64,000 nt of DNA. Origin: an uncultured Spirochaetota bacterium (lineage in GTDB: Bacteria; Spirochaetota; Spirochaetia; SZUA-6; Fen-1364). Location of the stretch: NCBI GenBank assembly GCA_963845535.1, contig CAWJSK010000019.1, positions 320,001 through 384,000 on the forward strand, in the 5' to 3' direction. The position numbers were made by a program, and so were the translations under genes. Shown here piece by piece: positions 54,675-61,143 of this stretch; positions within the stretch are counted from its first letter, which is position 1; every line of letters begins with the position of its first letter. The notes beneath the pieces were generated by a model, which had not been told where the DNA came from, did not search any database, and was given only the letters and a program-made list of their open reading frames with translations.

Positions 54675-56396
54675 ATGATGGAGTTCGCGGGGATCAGCGC
54701 CTCACCCGGCATTGCTCGAGGCAGGGCGTTCCTGTTCCTTGACGACAAGCTCACGATACCTCGTCACCACATCGAAGCCTCGCAGGTTGATTACGAGTAT
54801 GGAAGGTTCCTCACGGCGCTGGACAAGGCGTCACGGGAAGTCGAGGGCCTGGCTCGGGGTCGAAATGCGAAGCTCTTCGATGCTCAGATACTCATGTTCG
54901 CTGACCCGGACCTGAAAAGCCGGGTCCGCTTCGCCCTGGAGGACCAGCAGCGCAACGTCGAATGGGTGCTCCTCCAGATCATCGAGGAAATGTCGCAGAA
55001 GCTGGAGGCCGCCGACAGCCAGTACCTCCGCGAACGGACCGTGGATTTCAGCGATGCCGGCAACCGGATCCTGGGCCACCTCCTCTTTCGGCCCAAGGTG
55101 CAGCTCTCCGACGTGAAGAGCGAAGTGATCCTCGTCACGCACAACCTGATGCCTTCCGACACGCTGGGGCTGGACAAACGGCTCGTGCTGGGCATCGCCG
55201 CGGACGTCGGCGGGAAGACCTCCCATACCGCCATCCTGGCGAGGTCCAGCGAGATACCGGCCGTGCTGGGGCTTTCCGACATCACGCGCCACGTGAAGGC
55301 GGGGGATGAGCTGATTGTGGACGGCACCCGCGGCACGGTCATCGTTGAGCCCGACGAGCTGACGCGGGAGCTGTACGATGAGCGCAAGAAGGAGTGGCAA
55401 CGCAAGTACGTCATCCTGAAGGAGCTCAGGCAGCTACCGGCAGAGACCGTGGACGGCAAGCTCGTCTCCATCGAGGCCAACATCGAGCTGCCGGAGGAAG
55501 TGGATTCCGTCCTGACGCACGGCGGGGATGGGATCGGGCTTTTCCGCTCCGAGTTCCTCTTCCTCCAGCCCAACCATTTCCCGTCGGAGGAAGACCAATA
55601 CCACGCGTACAGCAGCGTCCTGAAGGCAATGCGGGGCCGCAGCGTAACCATCCGGACGCTGGACCTGGGCGGGGACAAGGTCATGCCCGGTTTCTCCCTG
55701 GAGACGGATGCCAACCCGCTCCTGGGCTGGCGCGCCATACGGTTCTGCCTGTCGAAGCCGGACATTTTCCGCACGCAGCTCCGCGCGCTCCTGCGTTCGT
55801 CGATGAACGGAAACCTCCGGATCATGTTTCCCCTCATCTCGGGCGCGGAGGAGCTTTCGAAGATCGTCGAGACGCTCGCCGAGGTGAAAGAGGGGCTGCG
55901 CCGGGAGAACGTGCCGTTTCGAGACGAGATCCCCATGGGCATCATGATCGAAGTGCCCTCCGCGGCGCTGTCCTCCGACATCCTCGCCGGCCAGGCGGAC
56001 TTTTTTTCGATCGGGACGAATGACCTGATCCAGTATACGCTGGCGGTTGACCGGGGCAACGAACGGGTGGCCTACCTGTACGAGCCGTTTCATCCCGGGG
56101 TCCTGCGCCTCATCCGCACCACCATCGAGAACGCGCATGCCCATGGCCTGCCCGTGGGGATGTGCGGGGAGATGGCGGGAGACCCGCTGGCAACGGTGGT
56201 CCTCCTCGGGCTCGGCCTGGACAGTTTTTCCATGGGCCCCATCGCCATCCCTCTCATCAAGAGGATCATACGATCGGTCGGGCTCATGGAGGCTGAGGCG
56301 TTCGCGCGCAGCCTTGTGCCCCTGCGGTCGGCGGCGCAGATCGAGCAGGCCGCGCGGAAATGGATGGAGGAGCGGCTTGACTTCTTCTCCTGGTAA
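54675..56396 (+). CDS. ptsI: PTS enzyme I (PEP-protein phosphotransferase)
   Basis: GGKTSHTAILAR (phospho-His), GIGLFRSEF, NPLLGWRAIR, FSIGTNDL, GMCGEMAG. Confidence 0.98.
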   Translation: MMEFAGISASPGIARGRAFLFLDDKLTIPRHHIEASQVDYEYGRFLTALDKASREVEGLARGRNAKLFDAQILMFADPDLKSRVRFALEDQQRNVEWVLLQIIEEMSQKLEAADSQYLRERTVDFSDAGNRILGHLLFRPKVQLSDVKSEVILVTHNLMPSDTLGLDKRLVLGIAADVGGKTSHTAILARSSEIPAVLGLSDITRHVKAGDELIVDGTRGTVIVEPDELTRELYDERKKEWQRKYVILKELRQLPAETVDGKLVSIEANIELPEEVDSVLTHGGDGIGLFRSEFLFLQPNHFPSEEDQYHAYSSVLKAMRGRSVTIRTLDLGGDKVMPGFSLETDANPLLGWRAIRFCLSKPDIFRTQLRALLRSSMNGNLRIMFPLISGAEELSKIVETLAEVKEGLRRENVPFRDEIPMGIMIEVPSAALSSDILAGQADFFSIGTNDLIQYTLAVDRGNERVAYLYEPFHPGVLRLIRTTIENAHAHGLPVGMCGEMAGDPLATVVLLGLGLDSFSMGPIAIPLIKRIIRSVGLMEAEAFARSLVPLRSAAQIEQAARKWMEERLDFFSW

Positions 56397-57861
56397 GGGG
56401 CGCGGGCGGCCCACGGCCCTCTCCGGATCCAAGAACGTTCCGCGCGTTGCCATCCTGGGCAGGCCCAATGTCGGCAAGTCCTCCCTCTTCAATGCGCTCC
56501 TTGGGAAGCGCAGGTCCATCACGCATTCACAACCGGGAGTGACGCGGGATCCCGTGGAGGAATCAAGCATCCTCGGCGGGGTTCCGCTCCTTCTCATTGA
56601 CACCGGCGGGTTTGCCCCTGCCGGGGAGGCTCTTGATCGCGTGGTGTCCGAGCGCAGCCTTTCCACGGCTCGGGATTCTGACCTGATCCTCCTTGTCCTG
56701 GACGCAACCGAGACGACTTCTGAGGACGAGGACTTCATGGAGCGGCTGCGGCCTTTGTCCGAAAAGCTCCTCGTCGTGGTCAACAAGGTGGACACTCCGG
56801 ACAGGGATTCCCTGGTCTGGAACGCGCATTCCCACGGGTTTCCGAGAGTCATCGGTGTATCCGCTGTCCACGGCCGGAATCTCCCCGAGCTGAAGGAGCT
56901 GATTGCTTTGCTCCTGGAGGAGAGGAGGTCGATGCCTGGCGCCCATGGGGAAGGCCGGCGCGAAACGAATGCGGATGCGGTCCGGATCGCCATCCTGGGC
57001 AAACCGAACACGGGGAAGTCGAGCCTGGCCAACCGTCTCCTTGGCGAGAACAGGTCCATCGTGTCCGCGGTGCCAGGCACCACACGGGACGTCGTGGAGG
57101 GCAGCTTCGAGCACGGCAATCGCACCTTCGCGGTGCTCGACACGGCAGGCATCAGGCGCAAAAGCCGGGTGACGGATGCGGTTGAGTATTACTCCGTCAA
57201 TCGGGCAATTGAAAGCATAGAGCGGGCAGACCTTGTTTTCCTGATGATCGACGCTTCCGAAGGCCTGGTGGACCAGGACAAGAAGATTGCGGGGCAGGCG
57301 CTGAAGGAGGGCAGGGGGATCATCATTGTTGCTGGCAAGTGGGACCTCCTCGACACAGGCGCGGGAAACCGGCCCGCTGCCAGGAAGCGCGGCGCGGCCA
57401 GGGGCCGCGGCCCCAACGGAAAGCCGGCGGGCCATGCTCCGAATCTCGCCGCGCAGGTCAGCGAGCGGATTCGGTTCGATTTTCCCGTGCTCGGCTTCGC
57501 CCCCATCGTCCCTGTCTCCTCCGTCACCGGTCATGGCATCCGCGAGCTTCTGGACACCGCTCTTTCCGTGTGGCAGCAGCTACACAGGCGGGTCACGACG
57601 GGGCGGCTGAATGCGGCGCTTGAATCCTGGACGGATCACTATCCGCTTCCTGGACGCGGGAAATACAAGATCAAGTTTGCGACCCAGGTGGGCTCGAACC
57701 CCGTCAAGTTCGTGGTTTTCGTGAACAGGGTGACCGGCTTTCCGGCCTCCTACGTCTCCTACCTGGAGAACAGCATCCGCAGGGACCTGGGTTTTGCGCA
57801 AGTTCCCATTGCCATCGACATACGCAGGAGCGGGAAAGCAGACCCGCGAAAAGCCAGATGA
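56377..57861 (+). CDS. der: Ribosome biogenesis GTPase Der/EngA
   Basis: Two GTPase domains (GRPNVGKS/DTGG/NKVD; GKPNTGKS/DTAG) and a KH-like tail. TTG start inferred from the GGAGGAG RBS. Confidence 0.95.
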   Translation: MTSSPGKGRGRPTALSGSKNVPRVAILGRPNVGKSSLFNALLGKRRSITHSQPGVTRDPVEESSILGGVPLLLIDTGGFAPAGEALDRVVSERSLSTARDSDLILLVLDATETTSEDEDFMERLRPLSEKLLVVVNKVDTPDRDSLVWNAHSHGFPRVIGVSAVHGRNLPELKELIALLLEERRSMPGAHGEGRRETNADAVRIAILGKPNTGKSSLANRLLGENRSIVSAVPGTTRDVVEGSFEHGNRTFAVLDTAGIRRKSRVTDAVEYYSVNRAIESIERADLVFLMIDASEGLVDQDKKIAGQALKEGRGIIIVAGKWDLLDTGAGNRPAARKRGAARGRGPNGKPAGHAPNLAAQVSERIRFDFPVLGFAPIVPVSSVTGHGIRELLDTALSVWQQLHRRVTTGRLNAALESWTDHYPLPGRGKYKIKFATQVGSNPVKFVVFVNRVTGFPASYVSYLENSIRRDLGFAQVPIAIDIRRSGKADPRKAR

Positions 57862-59726
57862 AATCGTGGAGCATCGGAGAGGTCGCGCGCCTTCTCGGCG
57901 TCAAGCCGTACATCATACGATACTGGGAGAGCGAGCTTCCGCTGCTTTCCCCCCGCAAGGGCCTGTCGGGGAGACGGGAGTATTCCAGCCGCGAGATCCG
58001 GCTCCTCATGAGGTTCCGCTACCTGCTGCATGAGAAGAAGTTCACCGTTGAAGGGGCCAAGCAGCGGATGTGGGAGGAATTGGGTACGGACGGGCAGGAC
58101 GTGACCGCGCGTTTCGACGAGATGCGCGCGGACCTCGTGGAGGCCCTTATGACGCTTCAGCGCGGTCGGGCCGTGGACGCGCAGGCCCCCGTGGACGCGC
58201 AGGCCCCTGCGGACGCGCAGGCCCCTGGGGCGCCGGCCCCTGCCGCGAACGCCGCTGCTGCGAAGGCCGCTGAGACGGCTGAGTCAGGCGCCGCCGCCAG
58301 CGCGGTTGACAGTTGCACATTGGAGCCCAGGGGAAATGCAATGACGGAGAAGCAGATCAAGGAGGCGAGCGCTGCGCATGGCCAGGACCACCTGTTTCGG
58401 TACTGGGGCGCTCGCCCGGCGGAAATGAAGGAGCGGCTGCTCGCGGACCTCGCGTCGCTGGATTTCACCAAGCTCGATGAGCTGCGCTCGAGGCTTCGAG
58501 AGCCCGCGAAAGCGCTCGACTTCCAGGACCCTGTCCCCGCCCCCTACGTGCCTCTTGGCCGGAGCGAGTCGGCGGCAAGCGTCAAAGAGATGGGAGAAGA
58601 CCTCATCCGCAGGGGGAAAACCGCCGTTCTCACCGTGGCGGGCGGGCAAGGGTCGCGCCTTGGCTTCGACGGCCCCAAGGGAATGTTTCCCATCAGTCCC
58701 ATTCGAAAGAAGACGCTTTTCGCCCTTCACGCGGAGAAGCTCCTTGCGGCGCGCCGGTGGTACGGCGCGCGGATTCCCTGGCTCATCATGACCAGTCCGT
58801 CCAACAGGGAGCAGACTGAGGCATATTTCCGCACGGAGGACTGGTTCGGGCTGGGCAGCGACTCGGTCCTGTTCTTCTCCCAGGGAATGTTCCCGACTCT
58901 CTCTCCCGAGGGAGGGCTCCTCATTGCGCCTGACGGGGGGCTTTTCTTCAACCCGAACGGTCATGGAGGGGTCATCAGCGCACTCAAGGATTCCGGGGTG
59001 CTGCAGGAAGTGCGCGACCGTGGGGTCGAGGAGCTTTTCTATTTCCAGGTGGACAACCCGCTCGTACGTTCTCCCGACCCGCTCTTTCTCGGCTTCCACA
59101 GAAGCGAAACGTCCCAGATCTCCTCGAAAGTCATCGAGAAGGCGTACGCGGAGGAAAAGCTCGGCGTCATTGCCGTCGTGGGCGGCGCGCCTTGCGTTAT
59201 CGAGTATTCAGACCTCGATGAGAAGCTCATGTCTGCCAAAGGACCGGACGGGAAGCTGCGATTTCCGCAGGGCTCCATTGCCATCCACGTGCTCAACGTC
59301 GACTTCCTCGGCGGCGCGGCGCTGTCTCTTCCGATGCACATCGCGCGGAAGCGGGTAAAGGCCCTCAAACCGACGCCGAAAGGAACCGAAATTGAAGAAG
59401 AAGACGCGGTGAAGATGGAGATGTTCATATTCGATGCAATCCCGATGGCCGGCAAGGCGATCTTTTTCGAGACGGAGCGCGCGGAAGAGTTCGCGCCGCT
59501 CAAGAACCGTGAAGGGTTGGACTCCATTGAAACGTGCGTCCGCGGCCAGATCGAGAAGGCCGCCCGCTGGCTCGCCGCGTGCGGCGTCCAGGTGCCCCGG
59601 GATGAAAACGGCAGGTCCGTGCACGCCATCGAGATCAGCGCGCTCTTTGCCTGGGACAGGCAGGTCCTTGCGGCCAAACGCGGGAGCATCCGGGACAGGG
59701 TCGATGAAGAAACGCTGCTTGCGTAG
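57858..59726 (+). CDS. MerR-type HTH fused in frame to a UDP-sugar pyrophosphorylase (eukaryote-like UAP/UGPase family)
   Basis: SIGEVARLLGVKPYIIRYWE...GRREYS (MerR), then AGGQGSRLG..GPKG, PNGHGG, QVDNPL, IEYSD, KMEMFIFD, EEFAPLKN. A possible internal start lies at 58341. Confidence 0.8.
   Translation: MKSWSIGEVARLLGVKPYIIRYWESELPLLSPRKGLSGRREYSSREIRLLMRFRYLLHEKKFTVEGAKQRMWEELGTDGQDVTARFDEMRADLVEALMTLQRGRAVDAQAPVDAQAPADAQAPGAPAPAANAAAAKAAETAESGAAASAVDSCTLEPRGNAMTEKQIKEASAAHGQDHLFRYWGARPAEMKERLLADLASLDFTKLDELRSRLREPAKALDFQDPVPAPYVPLGRSESAASVKEMGEDLIRRGKTAVLTVAGGQGSRLGFDGPKGMFPISPIRKKTLFALHAEKLLAARRWYGARIPWLIMTSPSNREQTEAYFRTEDWFGLGSDSVLFFSQGMFPTLSPEGGLLIAPDGGLFFNPNGHGGVISALKDSGVLQEVRDRGVEELFYFQVDNPLVRSPDPLFLGFHRSETSQISSKVIEKAYAEEKLGVIAVVGGAPCVIEYSDLDEKLMSAKGPDGKLRFPQGSIAIHVLNVDFLGGAALSLPMHIARKRVKALKPTPKGTEIEEEDAVKMEMFIFDAIPMAGKAIFFETERAEEFAPLKNREGLDSIETCVRGQIEKAARWLAACGVQVPRDENGRSVHAIEISALFAWDRQVLAAKRGSIRDRVDEETLLA
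58173..58226 (+). repeat. Three 18-nt tandem repeats (VDAQAP) in the fusion linker
   Basis: GTGGACGCGCAGGCCCCC / GTGGACGCGCAGGCCCCT / GCGGACGCGCAGGCCCCT. Confidence 0.9.
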
Positions 59727-61023
59727 CGCGGGCATTCTGGCATTCGCGCTCGCTCTCGGAGCCGCGTCGCGGCTCGGGGCGTGGGCGCCGATAGGTGACG
59801 ACGCCGCCCTTCCCCAGTTGCCGGAGAACTGGGAAGCGCGAACCCTCTTGCGGGAGACCATTTTCGCCCCCGCGTACGACGTCGCTTCTACGCCGCGAAG
59901 GATCGTGGCTCAGCCGGAGACGGGTGAGGACGTCCTCTTCAAGATCGATGTGGAGAAGGGCGCGGTCTACATGGAGTTCATCAACAGGAAAGGCAAGGCC
60001 TTCCCGCTCGCCGCGGCCGGCACGTTCATCATCAAGCGGAGTCTTGTCGATGGGAGCTTCCTCCAGGCCAAGGTATTCGTTCAGAATGATCCCGGCTGCT
60101 ACCTGAGGCTGTTCCCCGAGGAGGACCGGACGGCCATGGACGTCGTTCTCTACAATGAGAGCTTCCAGACCCATGTCGTCCTGCCGGTGAAGTTCCAGGA
60201 CCTCCTCACCTCTCCTTTCTCACGGATCGTGGAGATGAGCCGGTCCTCCGTGGACTGGTCCCTGGTGATGGCCCCCTTCCCGGGCCCCGGCGACACGCGC
60301 CTCCAGCAGATCGTGCAAACCCTGCGCGGCAGACTGCGGACTCTGCGGGACATGGATGACGGCGCCATGGACGCAAGCGGCCGGCTCGTGTTCATTGCCA
60401 CGGGCAAACCGGCGCCTTCGGGGCGCGGAGGATTCAACTGCTCGGGTTTTGCCAAGTGGGTGATCGACGGCTTCTATTTTCCCCTTGTCGGTTCCCTCAC
60501 GAATATTGACGCGCTGCGCTCCCGTGATTCGGATCTTCTGGGAAAAGCGTGGACCGCAAAGTTCGAGGAGGAGCAGGACCCCTATTTCGGGCTGGATTGG
60601 TCCCGCGGGCTGGCGCGGACCCTCGCTTCCGCGCGCACCGGCCAGATGCCCGGCCCGGAGGCGCTGGATGTCACCGTCTCGGATCGATTTACGCACCTGA
60701 AGGACGTCGGCTACAGTGTCGAGGACCTGCCGGGGCTCCTGTACTTCCTGGCCAGAAGCAGGCCCGGGATGATCTACCTCGGATCGGTGAATGCCAGCTC
60801 CTCGGGGGCGCCGGACGGGTCAAGCGTGCTGCTCCGGCAGCACCATCATGTCGTGGTGCTCTTTCCGTTCTTCGATGAAGGTGGAGATTTCCACGCTGTG
60901 GTCATGGAGAGGAACAAGGAAACGGGCGTCCCATCGCTGATCAGGCGCTATAAGGGCCAATATATAAACCTCGTGAAGGTGGATTCCAGCGGCCAGTTCG
61001 ACCCGCCGGAGCTCCCTCACTGA
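59704..61023 (+). CDS. Secreted hypothetical protein with CHAP/NlpC-P60-like motifs
   Basis: Signal peptide MKKRCLRSAGILAFALALGAAS; FNCSGFAKWV, HHHVVVL, VVMERN. Confidence 0.7.
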   Translation: MKKRCLRSAGILAFALALGAASRLGAWAPIGDDAALPQLPENWEARTLLRETIFAPAYDVASTPRRIVAQPETGEDVLFKIDVEKGAVYMEFINRKGKAFPLAAAGTFIIKRSLVDGSFLQAKVFVQNDPGCYLRLFPEEDRTAMDVVLYNESFQTHVVLPVKFQDLLTSPFSRIVEMSRSSVDWSLVMAPFPGPGDTRLQQIVQTLRGRLRTLRDMDDGAMDASGRLVFIATGKPAPSGRGGFNCSGFAKWVIDGFYFPLVGSLTNIDALRSRDSDLLGKAWTAKFEEEQDPYFGLDWSRGLARTLASARTGQMPGPEALDVTVSDRFTHLKDVGYSVEDLPGLLYFLARSRPGMIYLGSVNASSSGAPDGSSVLLRQHHHVVVLFPFFDEGGDFHAVVMERNKETGVPSLIRRYKGQYINLVKVDSSGQFDPPELPH

Positions 61024-61046
61024 CGAGATTGGACATCACCCGATAG

Positions 61047-61118
61047 ATTCCCAGGATGCGCAATTCCCAGGATGCGCCCAGAATGCGCGTTGACAGGCCT
61101 TCCGGATAGGTTTACTAT
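61047..61118 (+). promoter_or_regulatory. Direct repeats plus putative sigma70 promoter
   Basis: ATTCCCAGGATGCGC twice and CCAGAATGCGC, then TTGACA-N17-TACTAT. Confidence 0.6.
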
Positions 61119-61143
61119 TGTAAAAACCTCTGGGAGGGGGACA

